Origin: Candidatus Krumholzibacteriia bacterium
GTDB taxonomy: Bacteria; Krumholzibacteriota; Krumholzibacteriia; LZORAL124-64-63
Direction: 5' to 3'
DNA length: 35,378 bases
Assembly (NCBI GenBank): GCA_046484865.1
Contig: JAWOID010000044.1
Span: 1-35,378 of the forward strand
The first letter of the stretch is position 1; each line of letters starts with the position of its first letter. The translations under genes and the position numbers were made by a program. A model generated the notes under the pieces. It saw nothing but the letters and a program-made list of their open reading frames with translations, did not search any database and was not told the origin of the DNA. Shown piece by piece: positions 1-11,466 of the stretch.

Positions 1-924
1 GGACGATCGGCGGCGGCGGCCCTGCTCGCTGCCTGGGACCACGCGGCGCGACCCGGGACGGCCGGGGGCGCCGCCGGGGGCGCGGCCAGGGGCGCCGCCG
101 AGGGCGAGGCCGAGGCCGCGGCCGGGGCCGGCGCCGAGGGCGCGGCCGACGTCCGGCTGGCCGTGCTCGAGGCCTTCGCGACGATGCTCGCCCGCCACGT
201 CCAGGAGTTCGCCGCCGACGACGGACACCCCGTGAACGTGCGCGGCTCCTCCCCGGTGCCCACGGTCTACGAGGAGCCCGGCGCCCAGGAGCCCGCCGCC
301 GATCAGCTCGCCGCCGTGGCCGCGTTGCTGCGTGCCGCCTGCGACGTTGCGGACATCCGCGTACGCATCGCCGCGCGCGAGACCGCCCTCGCCACCGGCC
401 TGCTGCCGCCCGAGCTGGTGCCCAGCGCCGGAAGCCTTCGCGAGACCCTGCCGCCCGTCGTCCGCTCGCCGGAACAGCCGCCGCTGCAGCTCCCGTTCCC
501 GGCCCCCCGGGTCCGCGTGCACACGCCGCGGGGAGCGTTCACGATCGACCTGGACGGCCAGGTGGCGCCCAACACCACGGCCACCTTCCTGGCGCTGGCT
601 AGGAAGGGGTTCTACGACGATCTCGGTTTCCACCGGGTGGTGCCCGACTTCGTCATCCAGGGGGGCGACCCGCGCGACGACGGCTGGGGCGGTCCGGGGT
701 TCACGATCCGCAGCGAGTGGAGCCGCATCCCCTTCGAGCGCGGCACCGTGGGCATCGCCCACTCGGGCAAGGACACCGGCGGCAGCCAGTTCTTCGTCAC
801 CCTCTCGGCGCAGCCGCACCTGAACGGGCGCTACACCGTGTTCGGCCGGGTGGTCGAGGGCATGGAGGCGGTGGACCGGGTGCAGCCGGGTGACCGGTTC
901 CGGGTGGAGGTCCTCGAGCGCTGA
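1..924 (+). CDS. Cyclophilin-type peptidyl-prolyl cis-trans isomerase domain protein, 5'-truncated by the window edge (helical, Ala-rich N-terminal region)
   Basis: Frame is open from base 1. C-terminal cyclophilin motifs: APNTTATFLALARKGFYDDLGFHRVVPDFVIQGGDP, GSQFFVT, HLNGRYTVFGRVVEGM. Confidence 0.9.
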   Translation, partial: GRSAAAALLAAWDHAARPGTAGGAAGGAARGAAEGEAEAAAGAGAEGAADVRLAVLEAFATMLARHVQEFAADDGHPVNVRGSSPVPTVYEEPGAQEPAADQLAAVAALLRAACDVADIRVRIAARETALATGLLPPELVPSAGSLRETLPPVVRSPEQPPLQLPFPAPRVRVHTPRGAFTIDLDGQVAPNTTATFLALARKGFYDDLGFHRVVPDFVIQGGDPRDDGWGGPGFTIRSEWSRIPFERGTVGIAHSGKDTGGSQFFVTLSAQPHLNGRYTVFGRVVEGMEAVDRVQPGDRFRVEVLER

Positions 925-928
925 GCGA

Positions 929-3805
<2,877 letters not shown>

Positions 3806-3902
3806 GGCCCTCTCCACGGGGGGAACGTGAGGGGCCGGGCACCGGCCGGCAGCACGGCCGCCGGACCGGGGCCCGGGCCCCTGGCGTGGCTCGTCCTCCG
3901 GG

Positions 3903-4514
3903 TCAGCGCCCGAAGACCGATTTCAGAGCGCTCCAGCTGATCCTCTCCGCCGGCAACGGATCGCAGACCAGTCCCGGGAACACACCCGTCACCCCGCCCT
4001 CGCAGAGGAAGTTCGCGGCGTCGTCGAACAGGTAGAGGTAGGAGTGCTCGACGGCCGCCGGTGCCTGATCGGAGTAGAGCTTGAACACCCCTACCCCGGT
4101 GGGCCCCGGCTCGACTCCGGGATACGGCTGGATCCGCAGCAGCTTGCCCGGATCCGGCACTCGCGGATCGCCTTCGCAGAGAAACTCGGCGAAGTACCAG
4201 ACCGTCGCGTCCTGGGCCTTCGCCAGCGAGTAGCCGACGGTGTCCCCGGGGGCCACGCCCGCCTGGATCTGCTCGCAGGAGCACGCTCGCGACAGGTCGT
4301 CGAGCAGGATGTCGAACCAGAGCAAGGCCCGCTCCGATCCCGTGTCCCACTGCATCACGAAGGTATACTCCCAGTCGCCCAGGCCTTGCTCGCCGGCGGG
4401 CGCGGCCGTGATCTCGCCGGTGATCGCACAGACGGCGCCGGCCACGACCGGCAGCGTCATCGTCAGGAGCAGGACGACGAGGAACCCGCCGCCGCTCGTT
4501 CTCGAACTCGCCAT
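3903..4514 (-). CDS. Secreted Cys-containing hypothetical protein with C-terminal SWxxLK tail
   Basis: GGAGG RBS, signal peptide (FLVVLLLTMTLPVVAGA), six Cys, ends ERISWSALKSVFGR. Confidence 0.8.
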   Translation of the reverse strand: MASSRTSGGGFLVVLLLTMTLPVVAGAVCAITGEITAAPAGEQGLGDWEYTFVMQWDTGSERALLWFDILLDDLSRACSCEQIQAGVAPGDTVGYSLAKAQDATVWYFAEFLCEGDPRVPDPGKLLRIQPYPGVEPGPTGVGVFKLYSDQAPAAVEHSYLYLFDDAANFLCEGGVTGVFPGLVCDPLPAERISWSALKSVFGR

Positions 4515-4743
4515 GGTGATCCTCCCGCGTCTCGCAACGTCTGGTCACCGCCCGTTCCGCAGCCGCGGAATCGAGGCGCTGCAACGTCTGCAGGGATCGT
4601 CCGACGCGAGCGGCAGCGCCGGGCCAGGTTCGCCGCCACGCCGTGCCGGGTCCGGGCGAGCCCGCGATAGGGGCGCGCAGCGCGGCGGACGGCTTTTACC
4701 GGACGCTGGAAGTCTTGTTTATTCTGCGATCCCCTGCAGGCAC

Positions 4744-4771
4744 AGGATAGTCGCCGCATCGTTCAAGGCAA
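4744..4771 (-). promoter_or_regulatory. Putative sigma70-type promoter for the 4514 gene
   Basis: TTGCCT-16 bp-TATCCT on the minus strand. Confidence 0.35.
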
Positions 4772-4773
4772 GG

Positions 4774-4803
4774 CGGGGCTGCATCCGGCTGGACGCAGCC
4801 CCG
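4774..4803 (-). terminator. Hairpin just downstream of the ABC permease stop (possible terminator)
   Basis: CGGGGCTGCGTCC-AGCC-GGATGCAGCCCCG, a 13-bp stem with a weak U tail. Confidence 0.45.
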
Positions 4804-4807
4804 GATC

Positions 4808-6061
4808 TCACGACCGCAGCGCCCGTCCCAGACTGGCCCAGGTCGGCGCCGCGCCGTACATGAGGATGCCGGCCCGGAACAGCCTGCCGGCCACGCGCGC
4901 CGCGAGCCAGATGCTCGCGATCATCAGCAGCCACGACAGGACGATCTGCCACAGCGGCGGCGTCTGCACCACCACGCGCATGAACATCAGCACCGGCGAG
5001 AACAGCGGAATGAGACTCAGCACCACCGAGGCGGTGGAGTCGGGAGCGCTCAGCACGAGCGTGAGCAGCGTCATCGGCAGCACCAGCCCGATCGCCAGGG
5101 GCGTCTGGAACTGCTGCGACTCCTGCGCCGTGTTGCACATGGCGCCGATGCCCGCATAGAGCGTCGCGTACAGGAAGAAGCCGAGGAGGAAGAAGACGAC
5201 GAACGAGGCAAGGATCGTGGGCGTCAAGACACTGGTGTCCAGTTGGAAGCCGCCGATCGCGATTCCCTGCGCCGAGACGAACACCAGCGCAATCGTCCAG
5301 ATCGCGAACTGGGTGAGCCCCGCCAGGCCGATGCCCAGCACCTTGCCCAGCATCAGCTTGTGCGGCGGCACGCTCGCGAGCAGCACCTCCACCATGCGGC
5401 TGCCCTTCTCCTCGACGACCGCCATCAGCGTGTGACTGCCGTACATGAGCACCATGAAGTAGATGATCATGATGAGGATGAACGCCATGGCGAAGGACAC
5501 GGCCTCGTTCTGGACCGCCGCGCCCTCGGCGGTCACCTTGCGGCTGCTCCAGTCGGTGGTGGCCACCAGGTAGGCGTGCAGGGTGTCGGGCACGCCGGCG
5601 CTGGCCATGCGCATCTCGCGCAGGACGTTGTTCAGAGCCGGCCGCAGCACCTCGTCCCGCACCACCAGGGCGGACACCGACCGGTTGTAGAAGACCGCGG
5701 TCCGCGAGTCGACGAAGTCGGGGCTGACCACGATGCCGCTGTGCAGCGCCTGACCGAGGATCTTGTCCTGCAGTTCCTGCACGCAGTCGTCCAGGGCGCG
5801 GTCCTGGCAGTTGATCAGCACCAGCTCCAGGTTCTGGCTGCCTTGCGCGCGCACGGCGCCGCGCAGGGGCTCGAAGTAGCGGCCGGCCGGGTCGATGACG
5901 CCGATGGTGCGCTGCTCGTCGCTGCCGATGTTCGACAGCAGCATGGGCAGCACGATGAGGAGCGACATGAGCGCCGGTCCGAGCACGGTGCCGATGATGA
6001 AGCTCTTGGAGCGCACGCGCTCGAGATACTCCTTGCGGACCACGATCCACACCTTGCTCAT
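4808..6061 (-). CDS. ABC-2 type transporter permease (NatB/YhaP-like)
   Basis: Starts MSKVWIVVRKEYLERVRSKSF; has EEKGSRMVEVLLASV and GKVLG motifs and multiple TM helices; ATGA overlap with the upstream ATPase. Confidence 0.9.
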   Translation of the reverse strand: MSKVWIVVRKEYLERVRSKSFIIGTVLGPALMSLLIVLPMLLSNIGSDEQRTIGVIDPAGRYFEPLRGAVRAQGSQNLELVLINCQDRALDDCVQELQDKILGQALHSGIVVSPDFVDSRTAVFYNRSVSALVVRDEVLRPALNNVLREMRMASAGVPDTLHAYLVATTDWSSRKVTAEGAAVQNEAVSFAMAFILIMIIYFMVLMYGSHTLMAVVEEKGSRMVEVLLASVPPHKLMLGKVLGIGLAGLTQFAIWTIALVFVSAQGIAIGGFQLDTSVLTPTILASFVVFFLLGFFLYATLYAGIGAMCNTAQESQQFQTPLAIGLVLPMTLLTLVLSAPDSTASVVLSLIPLFSPVLMFMRVVVQTPPLWQIVLSWLLMIASIWLAARVAGRLFRAGILMYGAAPTWASLGRALRS

Positions 6062-7095
6062 CGGGCGGCCTCCCGGGCACGCGCATCCGTTCCGGGGATG
6101 GCAGCCGTGTTCATGCCGTCGGCCTGCACCTGGGCCGCTATCTTCGCGGCGGCCTCGTCGCCCCGCTGCCGGCGCACCGCCGTGAGGAAGATCTCGCTGA
6201 GGGACGGACGGTTGGCGGCGAACAGGGCCAGTGCTCCTTGCGCCGCCAGCAGCTCCAGCAGCCGCTGGGTGTCGGTGCCCGGCTCGAGGGTCAGCAGCCA
6301 GCTCCCCTCCTCGAACTGCCGGCTCACCACGCCGGGCAGTCCTGCCGGGGGCTCGTCGCCGCCCGCGAACGCCACGCGCACCGACTGCAGCGGGAAATCG
6401 CGACGCACCTCGTCCATCGTCCCGTCCAGGATCTTGCGGCCGCCCTCGATCAGGCAGATGGCGTCGCAGATCTTTTCGGCCTCCGCCAGCATGTGCGTGG
6501 AGAAGAGGATGGTGGTACCGCGATCGCGCTGCTCGAGGATCATCGTGCGCAGCAGCTCGATGTTCAGCGGGTCGAGACCGCTGAACACCTCGTCGAGGAT
6601 CACCAGGTCCGGCTCGAAGATGAAGGTGGCGGCGAACTGGATCTTCTGCTGCATGCCCTTGGAGAGGGCATCCACCTTGCGCTGCTTCCACTGCTCCAGC
6701 CCCATCCGGTCCAGCCATGACGCCGCCCGGCGCAACGCCTCGCGCCGCGGCACGCCCTTCAGCTCCGCCAGGTAGGCCAGCTGGTCCACGCATTTCATCT
6801 TGCGATAGAGCCCCCGCTCCTCGGGCAGGTAGCCGATGCGGTCCCGCACCCGGGCGTCGATGCGGCCGCCGGCCAGCTCGATGGTACCGGAGTCGGGCAC
6901 GATGATGCCCATGATGGCGCGGATGGCGGTGGTCTTGCCCGCGCCGTTCGGCCCGAGGAACCCGTAGATGGCGCCGCGCGGGATGGCGAGGGACACGTTC
7001 TCCACGGCCCGCACGTCGCCGTACGACTTCGACACCGCGTCCAGGACGAGCAGGGGCTCGCCGCGGGGCGGCAGTTCCAGTGAGGCGGTCGCCAT
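6058..7095 (-). CDS. ABC transporter ATP-binding protein
   Basis: Walker A GPNGAGKTT, signature LSKGMQQK, Walker B VILDE, H-loop FSTH; ATG at 7095 follows GAGGAG. Confidence 0.93.
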   Translation of the reverse strand: MATASLELPPRGEPLLVLDAVSKSYGDVRAVENVSLAIPRGAIYGFLGPNGAGKTTAIRAIMGIIVPDSGTIELAGGRIDARVRDRIGYLPEERGLYRKMKCVDQLAYLAELKGVPRREALRRAASWLDRMGLEQWKQRKVDALSKGMQQKIQFAATFIFEPDLVILDEVFSGLDPLNIELLRTMILEQRDRGTTILFSTHMLAEAEKICDAICLIEGGRKILDGTMDEVRRDFPLQSVRVAFAGGDEPPAGLPGVVSRQFEEGSWLLTLEPGTDTQRLLELLAAQGALALFAANRPSLSEIFLTAVRRQRGDEAAAKIAAQVQADGMNTAAIPGTDARAREAAR

Positions 7096-7223
7096 GACAC
7101 TCCTCGCGATCGATGGACAGATCGGGACACAGCAGGTGGTCGCGCCGGTCCCGCGTGACGCGACTGCAAGAGTAGGCGACCGCGCCGGTGGCGGCAAGCG
7201 ACGCGGGCGCGGCCGGGCGCCGC

Positions 7224-7267
7224 CCTCAGTCTCGCCGGCGCAACGGCCTCAGTCTCGCCGGCGCAAC
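7224..7267. repeat. 21-bp tandem duplication of the symporter 3' end including its stop codon
   Basis: cctcagtctcgccggcgcaac at 7224-7244 and 7247-7267. Confidence 0.85.
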
Positions 7268-9033
7268 TCCCTGGTCAGCGCCACCGCCGCCACGGCGGCC
7301 GTGAGCAGCAGCGGCCAGGCTCGCCCCGGCTCTCCCAGCACGATGCGGCCGGTGCCGAACAGCAGACCGTACACGCCCGCGCTCCCCATGGCCCACAGCC
7401 CCAGCCGGCGCCAGCTCAGCCCGTCGCTGCGCACCTCCGGACACCGGGCCGCCACCGGACCCCAGAAACCGCCCGGCCGCACCTTGCGGTAGAACGCCTC
7501 GAGCCGCTCGGGAGTTGCCGGACGCGTGAGCAGGGTCACCAGCATCCAGACGGCGATCGACACCGGCACCAGGAACAGCGCCTTGTGATGAGTGCCCAGA
7601 GCCATTTCACCCACCCGGACCGGCGTGACGAAGAGCTGGTAGGGCACCCCGGCGCCGGCGCTCTGGACGGCGGCCACCAACTCGAAGCCGAACGCGATGA
7701 TCACCGACGACGCCAGCGCCGCGATCTCGCTCCAGGCATTGATCCGCCACCAGAACCAGCGCAGCACCAGCACCGGTCCGATGCCCGCGCCCATGGCCCA
7801 GACGAACAGCCAGGCCTTGCCGATGCTCTCGAGCTGGAAGGCGATGAGGATCGCGCAGCCCATGATCACCACGAGGCAGAGCTTGGCCACGATCACCGTC
7901 TCGCGCTCGCCGGCGTCCGGCCGCAGGAAGCGCCGGTACACGTCGTTCAGCAGGTAGCTCGCACCCCAGTTCAGGTGCGTGTCCACGGTCGACATGAAGG
8001 CGGCGAAGAACGCCACCACCAGCAGCCCCAGCAGTCCCGGGCCGAGCACCTGCACCATCACCAGCGGGTACGCGGCCTCCTCGGCCATCCCCTCCGGCAC
8101 GGCGGGCACGAGCACCAGCGAGGCCACCGCCACCACGATCCAGGGCCAGTAGCGCACCACGTTGTTGGCCACGACGAACCAGAGCGTGGCCGCCCGCGCG
8201 TGGCGTTCGTCACGAGCGGCGGCCATGCGCTGGATGATGTAGCCGCCGCCGTCGGCGTTGTGCGAGGCCCACCACATCAGCGACACGAACACCAGGAAGC
8301 GGAAGAAGTCGCTCTCGAGCCCGAGTCCGCCGCCCGGCACCAGCGCGAGTGTGTTCTCGCCGAACAGGGGCGCCTCCACCAGTCGCTGGCGCAGGGCGTC
8401 CATGCCGCCCACGCGATCGACCGCGGCCACCGCCACGGCGATGGAACCGAACATGGCGAGGGCGAACTGGATCACGTCCGTCACCACCACGCCCCAGAAC
8501 CCCGCCAGCAGCGCGTAACCCAGAGCCAGGGCCGCCCCCACCAGCACGGCCACCCGCGGATCCACGCCGAGGACCGTGTCGGCCACGGTCTCCATTCCCT
8601 TCAGGACCCACCCGAGCACGATGAAGTTGTACAGCAGCGCGAAGTACCCGGCCTTGAAGCCGCGCAGGACGGCGGCGGGCCGCCCGCTGTAGCGCATCTC
8701 GATCAGCTCGTTGTCGGTGACGACCTCGGCCCGGCGCCAGAAGCGGCTGAAGAGCAGTACGGCCAGCATCTGGCTCAGCACGTAATGCCAGCCGAACCAG
8801 TTGTACCAGATGCCATGCTCGCGAATGAACCCGGTGACGGCCAGGGGGGTGTCCGCGGCGAACGTCGTGGCCACCATGCTCGTGCCCACCACCCACCACG
8901 GCAGCGAGCGGCCGGCGAGGAAGTACTGGCCGGAGGAACTGGACGCGCGCCGGCTGAACCCCACGCCGAGAGCGATCGTCGCGACGGCATACACCGCGAT
9001 GACGATCCAGTCGATGGGGTGCAAGACGGCCAC
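7249..9033 (-). CDS. Sodium:solute symporter (SSS) family protein
   Basis: DWIVIAVY, YFLAGRSLPWW, SMVATTFAADTPL, QRMAAARDE and AAFMSTVDT motifs; many TM helices; GAGGAAGGAG RBS. Confidence 0.92.
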   Translation of the reverse strand: MAVLHPIDWIVIAVYAVATIALGVGFSRRASSSSGQYFLAGRSLPWWVVGTSMVATTFAADTPLAVTGFIREHGIWYNWFGWHYVLSQMLAVLLFSRFWRRAEVVTDNELIEMRYSGRPAAVLRGFKAGYFALLYNFIVLGWVLKGMETVADTVLGVDPRVAVLVGAALALGYALLAGFWGVVVTDVIQFALAMFGSIAVAVAAVDRVGGMDALRQRLVEAPLFGENTLALVPGGGLGLESDFFRFLVFVSLMWWASHNADGGGYIIQRMAAARDERHARAATLWFVVANNVVRYWPWIVVAVASLVLVPAVPEGMAEEAAYPLVMVQVLGPGLLGLLVVAFFAAFMSTVDTHLNWGASYLLNDVYRRFLRPDAGERETVIVAKLCLVVIMGCAILIAFQLESIGKAWLFVWAMGAGIGPVLVLRWFWWRINAWSEIAALASSVIIAFGFELVAAVQSAGAGVPYQLFVTPVRVGEMALGTHHKALFLVPVSIAVWMLVTLLTRPATPERLEAFYRKVRPGGFWGPVAARCPEVRSDGLSWRRLGLWAMGSAGVYGLLFGTGRIVLGEPGRAWPLLLTAAVAAVALTRELRRRD

Positions 9034-9303
9034 GCGGGGCTCCTTCCTCGCGGGGGTGCGGCAGCGGCGGCGCGTTTATTGTCGCCGCCGGCGCCGTCCG
9101 GGCCAAGAACTTCCTGACCGCCGAGCAGCCGGGCGGCGGCGACGGCCGCGGCGACGGGCTGCGGCCCTGCAGCCGGGCGGTGCCCGCAGCCGCGGCGGCA
9201 GTCGCGGCTTGGACACCGGCGCCGGCTTGCAGTATATCTTCGGGCCCCGGGGCGTGCGTTCCCCGTGACCGCCGCCCACCCGACAGCGCCCGGAGGGCCA
9301 GCC

Positions 9304-11397
9304 GTGCACTGCCAGTCGATCCGCACCGCCCTCTTCGCCGCCGGCGCCGCCGCCCTGGCCGGTCTGGCCGGCCTCGCCGGCCTCGCCAGCATCGCCGACC
9401 TGCCGGTGGTCCTGGCGGCCGAGGCTTTGGCCGACACCGCCGCACCCGCCCCGCCCTCGTCCGGCCGCCGCGTGCTGCTGCTGGACCAGGAGCGCCTCGC
9501 GGCCACCGCGGAACGGCCGTTGCTGGTGAACGCCGGCTGGCGATACCGCCCCGGCGACGACTCGCGGTGGAGCGACCCCGAGCTGGACGACGGCGGCTGG
9601 ACCGTGCTCGAACGCACCGATATGCTGGGCGGCAAGCCGCCCCGCGGCGGCTTTCCCGGTGCGGGGTGGTTCCGCCTGCACCTGGACGTGGCGCCGGAGG
9701 CCGTGTTGCAGGATCTGGCGTTCGATCTCGATTTCCACGGCGCCGCCGAGGTGTTCCTGAACGGACGCCTCCTGCGCGAGTACGGCGAGATCGGTCCCAC
9801 CCCCGCCGAGACCCGGGCCTGGGTGGATCTGGGCCTGTCGCCCCATCCGCTGCAGTTCACCCGGCCGGGGCGGCACGTGATCGCTGTCCGCTTCCACAAT
9901 CCCGACTTCGGTGGCTACAACGCGCCCAGCGACCGGGCGGGCTTCGAGTTCTATCTGGGGCGCTTCGACCGCTTCCTCCAGCGGGCGCTGCAACAGCACC
10001 GCTGGGTGGCCGCGGTCGACATGCTCGGCATGGGCACGTTGCTGCTGATGAGTCTCCTGCACCTGCTGCTCTACGCCCTCTCGCCGCGGGAGCGCGGAAA
10101 CCTGTGGTTCTCGCTCTCGCTGCTGGCCGTGGCCGGCATCGTGCTCATCTCCCACAGCAACCTGGGCGTTCGGCCGGCCGAGGAGGTGGCGCGACTGCGG
10201 GTCGTGTTCCTCTACCTGGTGCTGACGGTGGCGGTGCTGTTCCCGCTCTTCTACTACGCGACCCAGCGGCCGCCCTGGCGGTGGCCGCTGCGCGTGATCG
10301 TGGGCGCGTGCGTCGTGATGGCGCTGGTGCCCGGCTGGCCCACCGTGGGCATGGCCTACGCCGCCATGGGCGCCAGCCTGCTGCTCTCGGGGGTGGTGAT
10401 CGCGTGGGCCATGGCACGCCGCCGGCGCGGCGCGCGCATCCTGGCCGGAGGGCTGGTGGTCTGCATCGCCGCGGTCGGCTACCAGCTGCTGGCGGACATG
10501 CGCGTCATCGAACGGCGCACGCCGGAGGTGATCCAGTTCCGGGAGTACCTGCTGGGCATGATGGGACTGCTGGTGTCGATGTCCCTCTACATCGCCTTCC
10601 GGATGCGCACCATCAACCGCGAGCTGGAACGGCGCATCGTGGAGGTGCAGAAGCTGGGCGAGGAACGCATGCAGGCCCTCACCCGTCTCACCGCCGGCTT
10701 CGCCCACGAGGTCAACAACCCCGTCGGCGCCATCCACAGCGGCGCCGACACGGTGCGACGCTGCGCGCTCCTCCTGCGCCAGGCCGTCCCGCCGCTGCCG
10801 CCCTCCGGCGACGACGTCCGGATCAGGCGCGCGCAACGGGCCCTGCTCTCGCTCGACGAGGTAGCCGGATCGATCACCAGCGGCGCCGACCGGATCTCCG
10901 CCCTGGTCAAGCGCATGCGCAGCTTCACGCACCTGGACCAGGCCCCCACCCAGCGCGTGGACCTCGACGGGGAGCTGGATGCGGCCCTGGACATGCTGGC
11001 AGCGGAGCCGGGGCCCGCTTACCACGTGGAGCGGCGGTCCGGCGACCTGCCGCCGGTGCTCTGCTCCCCCGCGCGCCTGAACCAGGTGTTCCTGAATCTC
11101 CTGCACAACGCCCGGGAGGCCCTGCCCGCCGAGGGGGGCACCATCACCGTCAGCACCCGTGCCGCCGCGGGTCGGGTGCTGGTGGAGATCGCCGACAACG
11201 GCGCCGGCATTCCGCGGCACCTCCTGAAGCGCGTCTTCGAGCCCGGCTTCACGACCAAGGGGAGCGGCGTGGGCACCGGTCTCGGCCTCGCCATCGCCCG
11301 CCGGCTGGTGCAGGAGCAGGGCGGCCGGTTGAGACTGGAGAGCGAGCCCGGCCGCGGCACGACCGCCGTGGTCTCGCTACCCGCCGAAGCCGGTTGA
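9304..11397 (+). CDS. Sensor histidine kinase with an extracellular beta-sandwich (sugar-binding-like) domain and a multi-TM region
   Basis: WRYRPGDDSRWSDPELDDGGW and GAGWFRLHL domain, about 7 hydrophobic helices, H-box FAHEVNNP, N-box QVFLNLLHNA, DNGAGI, FTTK, GTGLGL. GTG at 9304 follows GGAGG; alternative start at 9265. Confidence 0.88.
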   Translation: MHCQSIRTALFAAGAAALAGLAGLAGLASIADLPVVLAAEALADTAAPAPPSSGRRVLLLDQERLAATAERPLLVNAGWRYRPGDDSRWSDPELDDGGWTVLERTDMLGGKPPRGGFPGAGWFRLHLDVAPEAVLQDLAFDLDFHGAAEVFLNGRLLREYGEIGPTPAETRAWVDLGLSPHPLQFTRPGRHVIAVRFHNPDFGGYNAPSDRAGFEFYLGRFDRFLQRALQQHRWVAAVDMLGMGTLLLMSLLHLLLYALSPRERGNLWFSLSLLAVAGIVLISHSNLGVRPAEEVARLRVVFLYLVLTVAVLFPLFYYATQRPPWRWPLRVIVGACVVMALVPGWPTVGMAYAAMGASLLLSGVVIAWAMARRRRGARILAGGLVVCIAAVGYQLLADMRVIERRTPEVIQFREYLLGMMGLLVSMSLYIAFRMRTINRELERRIVEVQKLGEERMQALTRLTAGFAHEVNNPVGAIHSGADTVRRCALLLRQAVPPLPPSGDDVRIRRAQRALLSLDEVAGSITSGADRISALVKRMRSFTHLDQAPTQRVDLDGELDAALDMLAAEPGPAYHVERRSGDLPPVLCSPARLNQVFLNLLHNAREALPAEGGTITVSTRAAAGRVLVEIADNGAGIPRHLLKRVFEPGFTTKGSGVGTGLGLAIARRLVQEQGGRLRLESEPGRGTTAVVSLPAEAG

Positions 11398-11466
11398 CGG
11401 GACGACTGCGTCACCGGCCGTCGACGGTCACTGGACATCGTGTCACCCGGGAGCTACCAGTCGAGC

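Noticed and set aside
55..150. GC-rich short repeats (ggcgccgcc/gagggc)
   Set aside because: Low-complexity Ala/Gly/Glu linker codons inside the first CDS.
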